Positions 25,982 through 35,366 of a stretch of 46,180 nt of DNA are shown piece by piece. Source of the DNA: Candidatus Yanofskybacteria bacterium (lineage in GTDB: Bacteria > Patescibacteriota > Minisyncoccia > 2-02-FULL-40-12 > GWA2-44-9); NCBI GenBank assembly GCA_023245235.1, contig JAHFKT010000002.1:16803-62982 (forward strand). Direction: 5' to 3'. A program made the position numbers and the translations under genes. Under the pieces are notes generated by a model, which was not told the DNA's origin, ran no database searches, and saw nothing but the letters and a program-made list of their open reading frames with translations. Each line of letters starts with the position of its first letter. The stretch's first letter is position 1.

Positions 25982-26084
25982 GTTGCGGCAGTTTTTCCGC
26001 CTGGCTTCGTTGCTCCTCGGAGCTGTAGCTTTGGCTACTAATCTCCTTCGTCGCGCCTTGCCAGACAAAAAAACTGCCCGCAAC
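25982..26084 (-). repeat. dispersed palindromic repeat
   Basis: minus strand CAAGGCGCGACGAAGG...GTAGC/GCTAC...CCGAGGAGCAACGAAG inside GCAGTTTTT/AAAAACTGC arms. Confidence 0.75.
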
Positions 26085-26114
26085 GCGGGACAGGATTGTA
26101 TGGTGAGGTGGGGT

Positions 26115-26522
26115 CTAATGGGCGGTCTCCGGCATATTGCCGTCGAGCAGGCATCTGATGGTAGCGGCGTCGTAATGGCGGATCTGGTCATACGTCACCC
26201 ACGATACGGTCCGGTGAGCTTCCACAAGAACCGTGAACTCCGGGTCCTCATCGTGGATCTCTTCCAATCCGCATTGAGCGCAGATGCGAAGGATGAAGTG
26301 TGTTGTCCGGCTTTCACAGATCACCGAAGCATCGTGAACGCAGGAGCCCTGAAGCTCCGCCTTGAGGTCAGCGACCACCCGGTTGAGCCGATCGATCTCC
26401 CGCAGGTGGGATCTGATCCAGCTTCGATGAAGGTCGTCCTTCTCATCATTCGCAGGGTCAAAGAGCGTATCAAGCTCTTGGAGTAACGGATCAGTGGTTG
26501 GCTGCATAAGAACTATGGACAT
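26115..26522 (-). CDS. hypothetical protein, possible Zn-binding (CxH, CxxC)
   Basis: coiled-coil followed by CVH...ICAQCGLEE. Confidence 0.6.
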   Translation of the reverse strand: MSIVLMQPTTDPLLQELDTLFDPANDEKDDLHRSWIRSHLREIDRLNRVVADLKAELQGSCVHDASVICESRTTHFILRICAQCGLEEIHDEDPEFTVLVEAHRTVSWVTYDQIRHYDAATIRCLLDGNMPETAH

Positions 26523-26575
26523 ACTATACTGCTAAAACAACTTTTTGTCAAAATAAGACCGTCGGAAAACGACGG

Positions 26576-26968
26576 TCAGACGGTCTCGAAAAGTCCCCTC
26601 CCGACTTTGATGGTATCTCTGAAACAGTCGGCAATGATCGAGAATATGCCCTGCGTCCGGTGGATGTCTTCGGGCAACACCGCCAGCGCGAAGAAGGCCT
26701 GTTCGCAAACCCCGACCGCGAAACGAATGTCGGCTTCGCAGACCGTGTCTCCGCAGATGGTGCGCAATTCATACATGCCGAGCTCTTCAAGGGCGATACT
26801 CCCCTCATCGAGCTGGAATCCGCGCTCGATATCGCGCAGGAGTTCAAGCGCTACATCGAGGGCGGCCCGGGCCTTCTCGTCCCACTTGCCCTGTTCGTAC
26901 AGGTCCAGTGAGTATTCGCCGCGGATGCACCAGACGGCCCGTTCGATGATTTCCCAGTTATTGAGCAT
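26576..26968 (-). CDS. hypothetical protein
   Basis: ORF coupled to upstream ORF (2-bp gap). Confidence 0.6.
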   Translation of the reverse strand: MLNNWEIIERAVWCIRGEYSLDLYEQGKWDEKARAALDVALELLRDIERGFQLDEGSIALEELGMYELRTICGDTVCEADIRFAVGVCEQAFFALAVLPEDIHRTQGIFSIIADCFRDTIKVGRGLFETV

Positions 26969-26970
26969 GG

Positions 26971-27339
26971 TCAGACTCCGACCAACACCCGATCGCGCTG
27001 GGACAGTTTGAATAGTGCGGCCTCGTGAGCGGACCTGGCAACTTCCGCCGGAATATCCAGATGGTCTATCGAGACAACACGGAGGTGGTCCAGCGGATAG
27101 CCGATGCGGCCGTTGGTCAGGACGGTCACCGATTCGATAAAGCAGTCATCCCGCAGGGCTTCACAACCGATACCGGCAGCCCGACGGTCTTTGAAGTAGT
27201 CGAGCACCTTGCGATCGCTGACGTTTTTCAGGACCGACCACTCCTCGACTCTCCAGCCGGCCAGCGAAGAGCCGCGCGTGAGCTGGCTGTCGGCCCTTTC
27301 GGCATCATTAAGCTCCGGATGATTGTACAGTTGCCACAT
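26971..27339 (-). CDS. hypothetical protein
   Basis: ORF divergent from obg behind AT-rich promoter region. Confidence 0.6.
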   Translation of the reverse strand: MWQLYNHPELNDAERADSQLTRGSSLAGWRVEEWSVLKNVSDRKVLDYFKDRRAAGIGCEALRDDCFIESVTVLTNGRIGYPLDHLRVVSIDHLDIPAEVARSAHEAALFKLSQRDRVLVGV

Positions 27340-27427
27340 ATTTATTCAGGTACGTGGCCAGAATATACATATAAAAACAACATTAGTCCATAGACTAAAA
27401 TATTTTTTCGTGTCATAATAGGTGCTC

Positions 27428-28396
27428 ATGTTGATCGATGATATTACAATCAGAGTGGTAGCGGGAAACGGCGGTGACGGCATGGTGGCATTCAATAAGA
27501 ACATGATGTCGCTGGGCCCGACCGGCGCTTCCGGCGGTACCGGCGGCCAGGTCTATGTCGAGAGTATCTCTGATCTCGGCGCTTTGACACGCCTGCGCAA
27601 CGCCAAGGTCTTTAAGGCCGGAAACGGCGGCACCGGCGGACGGCAATATAATGATGGTTCCGATGGCGAAGACCTGGTCATCAACGTTCCGGTCGGCACG
27701 GTCATCCACAATCTCGACACCAAAGAACACAAAGAGATAACCAAGATCGGTGAACGCGTCCTGATCGCCAATGGCGGCCGCGGCGGCAAGGGCAACTTTC
27801 ACTACCGCTCCTCGACCAATACCAGCCCCAAACAGTCCCAGAAGGGCGAACCGGGCGAAAAGTTCCGGATACGGCTCGAGCTGAAACTCATCGCTGATGT
27901 CGGTCTTATCGGCCTGCCGAATGCCGGCAAGTCCTCTCTTTTAAATGAACTGACGCGAGCCAAAAGCCCGGTAGCTAATTATGCTTTCACGACCCTCGAG
28001 CCTTACTTAGGCGTATATTATGACCTCATCCTGGCCGATGTGCCGGGTATCATCGAAGGTGCTTCCGGCGGCAAGGGCCTCGGTATTAAATTCCTCCGTC
28101 ACGTCGAACGTACCAATACTCTTTTTCATCTCATTTCAGCCGAATCGCTTGACCCGGTCAAAGATTACCAGGTCATCCGCAAGGAACTCGGCGACTATAA
28201 TCCGGCACTCCTGGAAAAGAAGGAGCATCTTTTCATATCGAAGTCGGATATGGTTTCGCCTGAACAGATCAGGACGATGGTCAAAGAATTGAAGCCGCTG
28301 AACGCAACGGTGACCCCCATATCCATCCACGACATGGAAAGCCTGGACACGGTCAAAAAAATACTCAATAAGCTTGCGGACGAGAAGATCGCATAG
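27428..28396 (+). CDS. obg: Obg/CgtA GTPase (no C-terminal OCT domain)
   Basis: Gly-rich Obg domain, LELKLIADVGLIGLPNAGKSS, YAFTTLEP, DVPGIIEGA, FLRHVER. Confidence 0.96.
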   Translation: MLIDDITIRVVAGNGGDGMVAFNKNMMSLGPTGASGGTGGQVYVESISDLGALTRLRNAKVFKAGNGGTGGRQYNDGSDGEDLVINVPVGTVIHNLDTKEHKEITKIGERVLIANGGRGGKGNFHYRSSTNTSPKQSQKGEPGEKFRIRLELKLIADVGLIGLPNAGKSSLLNELTRAKSPVANYAFTTLEPYLGVYYDLILADVPGIIEGASGGKGLGIKFLRHVERTNTLFHLISAESLDPVKDYQVIRKELGDYNPALLEKKEHLFISKSDMVSPEQIRTMVKELKPLNATVTPISIHDMESLDTVKKILNKLADEKIA

Positions 28397-28451
28397 TATT
28401 GATAGGGTCGTCAAATACGAATACCATTAGGGGTAGAACCTTCAAGCGTGC

Positions 28452-28844
28452 GTGGCTCTGACTGACCTCGAACGCCTCCGGCTAGCCCGCGAACACCTTT
28501 ATTTGCGGGATACTCCTCTGGAAAGCTGGACCTTTGAGGAGCTGGAGCGGTTAAAAAATCTCATCATCGAAGCCGATGAGAAGATAGACGGGAACGATCC
28601 CCGCGATATGCGGCGGATCCGAGCCGTTAAAAAATTGTGGACCGACGTTTATCTTGCATTCAAGAATCTGAAGGGCCACAAAGATATCGCGGCGCCGGGA
28701 TCATCCGGCCAGGCCTCAACGCCCCGAAAAGCATACCGTCTTGAATTCAACGACCGCCGCCTTTTGCGAAGCATGGGTATCGTCAGTGACGATGATGAAC
28801 CGGAACCGGAGAATGACGAAGACGAGCCGAACGGGAACAAATAA
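28452..28844 (+). CDS. hypothetical protein with NDRRLLRSMGI motif and acidic tail
   Basis: GTG-start ORF followed by terminator 28850-28874. Confidence 0.65.
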   Translation: MALTDLERLRLAREHLYLRDTPLESWTFEELERLKNLIIEADEKIDGNDPRDMRRIRAVKKLWTDVYLAFKNLKGHKDIAAPGSSGQASTPRKAYRLEFNDRRLLRSMGIVSDDDEPEPENDEDEPNGNK

Positions 28845-28872
28845 CGTATGAGCCTCTCATGAGGCTCTCTTT

Positions 28873-29325
28873 TTATTTATTCTCAAGCTGATTGAGTATC
28901 TGGAGAATGAGCTTATTCTGATTTTCCAGGTGCAAAAGGATGGTCTCGATCTCATCCTCGGCTTGGACGTTCACGTCATAGTCCGCTTCGGCCCGGGCCT
29001 CGGCGTGTTTACCCTGGAGATTCTGGCCGACCATGATGAGCGGCATGAGCATGATCTGGATCATGTTAGATATGAACAACCAGAGGACAAAGGCCGGGAA
29101 CGGGTCAAATCTGAGATGAACCGGGGCGAAGATGTTCCAGCTCAGCCATAATGCGGTCCATCCGAGAATAAGAAGAAAAAATCCCATTGTACCGACATGA
29201 CCGGTGATAAAGAGGGCGACTTTCTCAAGATGCGAAAGCCTCTCATGGTGTTCGATATTAACATTGCGTGGAGCCTTACGGCGGGCGCGGAGTTCCTGAA
29301 CGGTCAACGGAGTTTGAATGGTCAT
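28873..29325 (-). CDS. DUF1003 membrane protein
   Basis: FDPFPAF...PLIMVGQN...RAEADYDVN. Confidence 0.88.
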   Translation of the reverse strand: MTIQTPLTVQELRARRKAPRNVNIEHHERLSHLEKVALFITGHVGTMGFFLLILGWTALWLSWNIFAPVHLRFDPFPAFVLWLFISNMIQIMLMPLIMVGQNLQGKHAEARAEADYDVNVQAEDEIETILLHLENQNKLILQILNQLENK

Positions 29326-29337
29326 GATCCTATTATA

Positions 29338-29724
29338 TCAGAAGAGGGCATATAATATTCCGCCGGCCAAGTCGGCCATGAGATCCGTCAATGTATCGAT
29401 CAGATCGCCGCCGTAGAAATATTTATGAAGCAGCGGATGGGAGGGCGCCAAGAATGAAGAACTGAACTCGGCGAACTCCCAGATCAGACCGACAAGCCCG
29501 GCCATAGCGACTAAGATCAAGAACCGGTGGAACCGGGAGACGCCCGCCAAGTCCTTTTGGAAGAACCGGGCAAAGAACCACGCCACGATGAATCCCCCGG
29601 AAATATGGAGGATCTTATCAAAGTGAGGGATGGCGGAATAGATATCGAACTTCGTGGCCAGTACGATGCCGAATGCCATCACAGCAAAACCGACAATGAT
29701 CGGGAGAAATAATCTTCGGGACAT
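29338..29724 (-). CDS. VanZ/DUF2238-like membrane protein
   Basis: FDKILHISGG, WEFAEF, DTLTDLMADLAG. Confidence 0.75.
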   Translation of the reverse strand: MSRRLFLPIIVGFAVMAFGIVLATKFDIYSAIPHFDKILHISGGFIVAWFFARFFQKDLAGVSRFHRFLILVAMAGLVGLIWEFAEFSSSFLAPSHPLLHKYFYGGDLIDTLTDLMADLAGGILYALF

Positions 29725-29744
29725 TTATACCAAGTATACCACGG

Positions 29745-30359
29745 TTATTGCCCGGGAACCGCCTGGCAGTGGGAGCGCAGATGATCCAGATGCCTGCTGT
29801 GCACGGTGTCGTCCACGGTATCGAGTATCTTTTGACACAGGGCCTGGCGCTGGTCTTGCATAAAATTCAGTTTTTCAGCCTGATCGATGGTGTCATTGGC
29901 TTCATTTTGAAAATCATCCGAAAGGTGGCCGACGGTTTCATCGTTATCCTCATCAATACCGGGATGCTCGGCCTTCATCTCCTCGATCTCATGAAGCCGC
30001 CGCTGAGCGAACGACTGATGAAGAGCGACCTGCTGTTGCGGCGTTGCCAGTCCGAGCCGGACCTGCTCGCTGAAGCGTTTGAAATTATAGAGCGGGTGGC
30101 TTGCCGGCACGTTATTGGCATCGGCATAGGTCATGACACCGCCCGTCATTGAGACTGCAATAAGTCCGGCAACAAGCGCGTAGCGCCATTTGACGACATG
30201 ATGGTGAATGGGAATTCTGGCAGGCTTCAGTTCGGTCCGGATCTCTTGGGTGAATCTGTTTTTTGCCGACTTCAGAAATCCCCCGTCGGGAGCATAATAC
30301 CGCCGCAACTGATTGCGGAGCTTTCGTTCTTGAAGTTGTCGGCGAATAGCATTAATCAT
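29745..30359 (-). CDS. putative anti-sigma factor, DUF5667-like
   Basis: single TM; PASHPLYNFKRFSEQVRL...AQRRLHE; overlaps sigma gene. Confidence 0.75.
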   Translation of the reverse strand: MINAIRRQLQERKLRNQLRRYYAPDGGFLKSAKNRFTQEIRTELKPARIPIHHHVVKWRYALVAGLIAVSMTGGVMTYADANNVPASHPLYNFKRFSEQVRLGLATPQQQVALHQSFAQRRLHEIEEMKAEHPGIDEDNDETVGHLSDDFQNEANDTIDQAEKLNFMQDQRQALCQKILDTVDDTVHSRHLDHLRSHCQAVPGQ

Positions 30360-30882
30360 AGTGTTTGATGATCTTCTTTTTGAGCCTGTGGATGATGACC
30401 CGCAGATTGGCCTCTGATTTTCCGGTTATCCGCGCAATGTCGGTATATGACAGGTCGGCCAGGAAGTGGAGCTGGAACAGTTCCTGCTCCTCGGCCGGCA
30501 GTGTTCTGACCGCGTTCATCACTTCCCGGAGTTCCGCGTTCACAACGGTCCGGTCGGACGGATCTGCGATATTTTCTCCTTCCTGGTCCAGCTCTTCAAG
30601 ATACCCGGATTTCTTCTGGCGGAAGAAGTCGATGAGCGCGTTGTGAGCGATGCGCCAGAACCATGGGGTAAAATCACCCTGCTCGGCGGCATAGCTCTGG
30701 ATATTCCGGACAACCTTCAGAAAAACTTCCTGGGTCAGGTCCTGGGCGGTCTCGCGATGATTCGTACGGGCAAAGAAAAACCGGTAGATCTGAGGCGAAA
30801 AATAATCAAAGATCTGACCGCCGGCGGTTTCATCACCCCGCTGAAGGCGTTCGGCAAGCGTATTGAATTTCGGCTTACTCAT
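30352..30882 (-). CDS. ECF RNA polymerase sigma-70 factor
   Basis: AQDLTQEVFLK, FTPWFWRIAHNALIDFFR, LSYTDIA...IIHRLKK. Confidence 0.93.
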   Translation of the reverse strand: MSKPKFNTLAERLQRGDETAGGQIFDYFSPQIYRFFFARTNHRETAQDLTQEVFLKVVRNIQSYAAEQGDFTPWFWRIAHNALIDFFRQKKSGYLEELDQEGENIADPSDRTVVNAELREVMNAVRTLPAEEQELFQLHFLADLSYTDIARITGKSEANLRVIIHRLKKKIIKHYD

Positions 30883-30997
30883 ATATACGGATTAGGTGCC
30901 TATTATGTTGCGTATTGCAGAATCAAGGGTACTCCAAAACCGGCGATAATTCAACCGATCGAGCGATATGTAATAACAGATCGGCCGGGTCGTATAT

Positions 30998-31077
30998 GTT
31001 ATCGGAGCTGACTCCTTAGACACACCTCTTATAGGAAACCTCCCGAAACCGCCGCTGACCTACGGCGGTTTCGTTTT
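30998..31077 (+). ncRNA. candidate small RNA behind an ECF-type promoter
   Basis: TGTAAT-16-CGTATA at 30969-30996; 11-bp terminator stem plus TTTT at 31044-31077. Confidence 0.4.
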
Positions 31078-31128
31078 GGTCTGGATTTTTACCGGAAAAT
31101 CAGATATAATAGCAGTGATTAACATTAT

Positions 31129-31201
31129 GGGGGCTATGGTGAAACGGTTATCACAGCGCTCTGTGGAAGCGCGGTCATGGGTTCAATTCCCATTAGCCCC
31201 C
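31129..31201 (+). tRNA. tRNA-His(GUG), G-1 encoded
   Basis: GGGGGCTA/TAGCCCCC acceptor, GCGCT-CTGTGGA-AGCGC anticodon arm, GGTTCAATT T-loop. Confidence 0.95.
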
Positions 31202-31344
31202 CAGATATAAAACACCGCTTGAGCGGTGTTTGGTTTTCCCGAAAGAGGCCTTTTTTTACCGGTCTGTGACAAGATTGTTTAGGGTTTGAAAACAGGGCTA
31301 CTTCGTGTTACTCTTTGCCCCGAGTACGTTTACATCTAAAGATA

Positions 31345-33624
31345 ATGGGCACTAAAGGTCCTCAAGATGCCGTTCTAGCATTTTTCAGGAGCAAGCTCAA
31401 AAAAGACTACTGGGTCATCAAGCGCCGTCCATGGCTGAAATACGTCTTTCTGGCACTTGGTCTCTTCATCGCCGTGGGCGCATACGGAGCGTATTACTAC
31501 GTATACCGCTACAGCGGCGACCTGAAAGACGACCAGGGCCGGCCGCTGGACTTCAGTAAATTGGCCAGATCTGATTTCAAGAAGGCCTCCTACGTCTACG
31601 CTGATGACGGTGAGATCGTGGGCAGGTTCTTCGGACAGCCGGTGCTTGACCCTATCAAGATCGCCGAGGTCCCGGAGTTATTGAAAGATGCGTTCATTGC
31701 GGCTGAAGACAGACGATTCAACGAGAATCGCCCCAAGCGGTTGTGGATGGACAGCATCTGCGATCCTCTTTATGGAGGGGTCGATCCCTGCGCCATTCTT
31801 CGGGCCGGGTTGGGCAATATCACGAGAGACCATCGCCTTTCGGGCGCAAGCGGCATAAGGCAACAGTTCGTACGGTTGTGGTACGGGGGCGAGCTGGCCG
31901 AGTTCAGGACCAGGCAACATAGCATCAAACGCAAGGTCAAAGAAGCCCGGCTGGCCATCCAAATAAGCCGGAAGTACCGAAAAGATGAGATCCTCGAAGG
32001 TTTCCTGAATCTGATCTATTTCGGCCACGGCGCCCAGGGAGTCCTGGAAGCTCCGCGGAGATACTTCGGCAAAGACTTGAGGCGGGGCGACAAGCTTACG
32101 CTCCGGGAGATTGCCATTCTGGCCAGTCTTAATAAATCGCCGACCCTGTACGATCCGATATTCCATAAGCCGGCCAAACCGTCCGAGACGGCCGGGAGTG
32201 AAACGCAGCATGAATACGAATCGGCATTGGCTCATGAGATGGCCCGGGTTCTTGGAGCCCGGGACCGATCGAATTGGGTATTAGGCCGGATGCTTGAAGA
32301 CGGCTACATCAGCCGGAGCGAATATCAGAAGGCACTTTTTAAGGAAGACGAGCCCCTGGACCTGCCCGACCTCAATGTCCGGCCGCTCAAAAACCCGGGC
32401 TTCGGATACGGTGACCGTCTGGTCAAAGAGATGCTCCTTGGCTCCGGTCATAGCGAGGATGAACTATCCGCTTCGGGCGGATTACGCATTCATACGACAA
32501 TTGACGCGGCCATTCAAAGGATTGCCACCAATGAGTTCGAGAAACACCTTATTCTGGTCAATCAGGAAAAGGAGCCCGACGACCACATCGAAGGAGCATT
32601 CGTGATCATCGAAGTTAAAACCGGCAAGATACTCGCATTGAGCGGAGGCCATAATTTCGACGAGTCCCAGTACAACCGAGTGATGGCCTCGCGCTCTCCG
32701 GGCTCCGCATTCAAGCCGTTCACCTATGCGGCGGCGATGGAATACTTCGGCAAAGGATTTTTCGATCCGATCTGCAACTGTCCCTTCTCAATGCGCGGCA
32801 GTTCACCCGGCAAACGATGGGTACCGAAGAACTTCCGGGAAGATAATCCGGTTCCCTACGGTAACATCCCATTTGCCACAGGACTCATCAGGTCGGTCAA
32901 TCTGGCCACGCTGAACCTCGCCCGCTCAATGGACATCAGGTCAGTGGTGAAGCTTGCCAACGATATGGGCGTCTGGGGAAATCCCGGGATGGTCCGGGAC
33001 AGCGATGGGAATGTCTGGTTCAAAAGACCGGGTTACGAGATCAAGGGCGGACTGGTGCCATTGCTGCCGACCGCGATCGGCGCATCCGACGTGAATCTTC
33101 TGGAGCTGGCTAACGCGTACACCGTCTTTTTCCGTGACGGTGCCTATATCAGGCCGACCCTCATAAATGAGATCGACACAACGAACGGCGATCTGATGTA
33201 CCGGCCCGAGCCACCGGCACCGAAGCGGGTGTTGTCGAAGGAAACGACCCAAAAGATGGTTGTACTCATGAGAGCGGTGACCAAGATCGGTACCGCAAAA
33301 GTATCGATGCGCGGCATCGAACAGCAGATGGCCTGCAAAACAGGCACCTCGAACGGCCCGACCGACCTCATGCTGATATGCGGCAATCCGGACCTGGTCA
33401 TGGCAATCCGGATCGGGTACGATAAACCCAAGCCCATCGAACTACCGGTGTACATGAAGAAGATAAGCGGTGCCGGCAATCTGCAGGTCTCGGGCGGATG
33501 GGTCGTCGGCCCGCTGTTCAGGAAGATCGTTGACCAGATCTACACCACCAGACCGAAAGTCGAGTTTGACCCGATGACCGAAGAAGAACTGCAGGCACTC
33601 GACAATCGCCTGCCCTATAAGTAG
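31345..33624 (+). CDS. class A penicillin-binding protein (transglycosylase-transpeptidase, PBP1A-like)
   Basis: AAEDRRF, GASGIRQQ, RKVKE, FLNLIYFG; SAFK, SVN, KTGT. Confidence 0.93.
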   Translation: MGTKGPQDAVLAFFRSKLKKDYWVIKRRPWLKYVFLALGLFIAVGAYGAYYYVYRYSGDLKDDQGRPLDFSKLARSDFKKASYVYADDGEIVGRFFGQPVLDPIKIAEVPELLKDAFIAAEDRRFNENRPKRLWMDSICDPLYGGVDPCAILRAGLGNITRDHRLSGASGIRQQFVRLWYGGELAEFRTRQHSIKRKVKEARLAIQISRKYRKDEILEGFLNLIYFGHGAQGVLEAPRRYFGKDLRRGDKLTLREIAILASLNKSPTLYDPIFHKPAKPSETAGSETQHEYESALAHEMARVLGARDRSNWVLGRMLEDGYISRSEYQKALFKEDEPLDLPDLNVRPLKNPGFGYGDRLVKEMLLGSGHSEDELSASGGLRIHTTIDAAIQRIATNEFEKHLILVNQEKEPDDHIEGAFVIIEVKTGKILALSGGHNFDESQYNRVMASRSPGSAFKPFTYAAAMEYFGKGFFDPICNCPFSMRGSSPGKRWVPKNFREDNPVPYGNIPFATGLIRSVNLATLNLARSMDIRSVVKLANDMGVWGNPGMVRDSDGNVWFKRPGYEIKGGLVPLLPTAIGASDVNLLELANAYTVFFRDGAYIRPTLINEIDTTNGDLMYRPEPPAPKRVLSKETTQKMVVLMRAVTKIGTAKVSMRGIEQQMACKTGTSNGPTDLMLICGNPDLVMAIRIGYDKPKPIELPVYMKKISGAGNLQVSGGWVVGPLFRKIVDQIYTTRPKVEFDPMTEEELQALDNRLPYK

Positions 33625-33664
33625 CTCCCACGAGAAGGGAGCTTTTTGTTTTAAGCCCGGTGAA

Positions 33665-34501
33665 TTACGGCTGGAGAATGCCTTCGGTCTTGCCGTCGAT
33701 AGAGATGACAACTGTATCAATGCCGACAAATTGCTTGATGGTATTTTCTATTTCTGACCTGATAGCGGTGATCCTGCATGAGCCGGCTACGCCTTCCCCG
33801 AGGACTTGGTTAAAATCGACATATGCGGTACGGCCGTCTCCGGAAATACGCAATGAATTCATCTCTGACCCGGCGGGTATTTGAGTCTGGGCACCCTTAC
33901 TGACTTCGACCGGCGCGGGACCCTTGAGAAGTTCCGCTAAGCTCATATACATGGGTTGGTTGGTCCTTGTTATCTCGCGCGGGAAGAGGGTCACCGTCGT
34001 ACAATCGGAACCGTTCAAAAAAGCCGTGTAGACATTCATAGTATCAGTATATTTCAATTGAACCGGCACTGCGGCATAGCCCTCGAACGAACCGTCCCCT
34101 TTCGGAGAATAACTCAACGCTTCGACTTTCATCATCGCCGTTGCCACCCCGGCCGGGATCGGGATACGAACACTGTAATTACCGAACTGGCCGGCATCTT
34201 TGGCATCGGTAAATACATGGGCTTCGGCGACTACGGCACCGCTCGAATTTTTGACCTGAACCGTGAACTGATTCTCAAAAACTCGGGCTTTTCCGGTGAC
34301 TACTATCGGGGAATAAACCGTGTCATTGGTCTTCGGGGAAGTTATGGTAATGTTCGGGCTTGCTCCCGGGGAAACTGATACGCTCGGCGAAGCCAAGACT
34401 GGCTCGCTCGGCGCGACAGCCGGCGATGGTGCCCTCAATAACCACCATGCTCCCAGGAGTACGGCAACAATGATCACCAGTCCGAATGAGATGCGTTTCA
34501 T
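33665..34501 (-). CDS. Gmad2 Ig-like + GerMN domain protein
   Basis: TGKARVFEN; ELLKGP, AYVDFN, GSCRITAIRSEIENTIKQF. Confidence 0.85.
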   Translation of the reverse strand: MKRISFGLVIIVAVLLGAWWLLRAPSPAVAPSEPVLASPSVSVSPGASPNITITSPKTNDTVYSPIVVTGKARVFENQFTVQVKNSSGAVVAEAHVFTDAKDAGQFGNYSVRIPIPAGVATAMMKVEALSYSPKGDGSFEGYAAVPVQLKYTDTMNVYTAFLNGSDCTTVTLFPREITRTNQPMYMSLAELLKGPAPVEVSKGAQTQIPAGSEMNSLRISGDGRTAYVDFNQVLGEGVAGSCRITAIRSEIENTIKQFVGIDTVVISIDGKTEGILQP

Positions 34502-34603
34502 AGATCGTATCGTAATACTTTCTGCCAGTACTGTAAATCCGCGACGGAACTGCTGAAATACCTTTACCGAACGCTATTTTTAGAGTAAAATTCAAAGGTT
34601 AAT

Positions 34604-34675
34604 GCCCCCGTAGCTCAATGGATAGAGCAGGGCTCTTCTAAGGCCTTTATGTGGGTTCGATTCCTACCGGGGGTA
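34604..34675 (+). tRNA. tRNA-Arg(UCU)
   Basis: cloverleaf, CT-TCT-AA anticodon loop, GGTTCGATT. Confidence 0.95.
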
Positions 34676-34698
34676 CAAGAGATGTTGATAGAAATGAC

Positions 34699-34769
34699 CG
34701 GGATGTAGTGTAACGGTAGCACGAGACGTTTGGGACGTTTTAGTCCGGGTTCAAATCCCGGCATCCCGA
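34699..34769 (+). tRNA. tRNA-Pro(UGG)
   Basis: CGGGATG/CATCCCG acceptor, TT-TGG-GA loop, GGTTCAAAT. Confidence 0.95.
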
Positions 34770-34782
34770 CAAAGTGAATACT

Positions 34783-34853
34783 GCGGGTATCGTATATCGG
34801 TAATACATGAGTTTTCCAAACTCAAGAGGCGGGTCCGACTCCCGCTACCCGCT
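34783..34853 (+). tRNA. tRNA-Gly(UCC)
   Basis: GCGGGTA/TACCCGC acceptor, TT-TCC-AA loop; T-loop variant TCCGACT. Confidence 0.93.
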
Positions 34854-34897
34854 CAAGATAATAAAAAAGAACTCAACCGAGTTCTTTTTTATTCTTA

Positions 34898-35035
34898 GGG
34901 TATCGGTTCGAACCCGCGCGGGTTCTCCCGAATTTTTTAACGTTCGCTATCCTTCGCCAGCTCAGGAATAGACGCTCACTAAAATTCGTGTTCAGAATGA
35001 AGCAGTTCACTCTGAACGCCGCTACCCGATCCGCG
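34898..35035. repeat. palindromic element containing tRNA-Gly-like fragments
   Basis: GGTTCGAACCCGC and CCGCTACCCG flank GAATTTT...AAAATTC arms with a CCTGAGC/GCGAAGG core on the minus strand. Confidence 0.55.
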
Positions 35036-35123
35036 AGAGAATCAAAACAGCCCTGACCGGGCTGTTTTGATTCTTGACCAAGTGGGATGTTATAGACTAT
35101 GATTCCCATTACCTCTCGCTACC

Positions 35124-35327
35124 TTGAATACGAGCGGTCAAAAATTGTTCCTTTGTCTGAACTGTTTGAAAGATCGCGGGATCACATTAAGAAAAACCGA
35201 TAAAAACGTACGATTGGGGACCTGTTGTTGTGCGGCCGGCAAGAATCCGCAACAAACCTTCGGCGCCCTCGCCACCTTCCAATCCAACCGCAGAGTCGTT
35301 CTCTCCCCCGCCCCGGCCGGCTTATAG
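35124..35327 (+). CDS. small Cys-rich hypothetical protein
   Basis: CLNC...CCC; TTGACC promoter-like element upstream, hairpin downstream; start uncertain. Confidence 0.4.
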   Translation: MNTSGQKLFLCLNCLKDRGITLRKTDKNVRLGTCCCAAGKNPQQTFGALATFQSNRRVVLSPAPAGL

Positions 35328-35366
35328 CCGGTCTTTGCATTTAAAAAAACCTCCGCTTCAGAGGTT

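Noticed and set aside
25797-26486. 229-aa plus-strand ORF
   Set aside because: Runs through a terminator, a repeat and the antisense of 26115-26522
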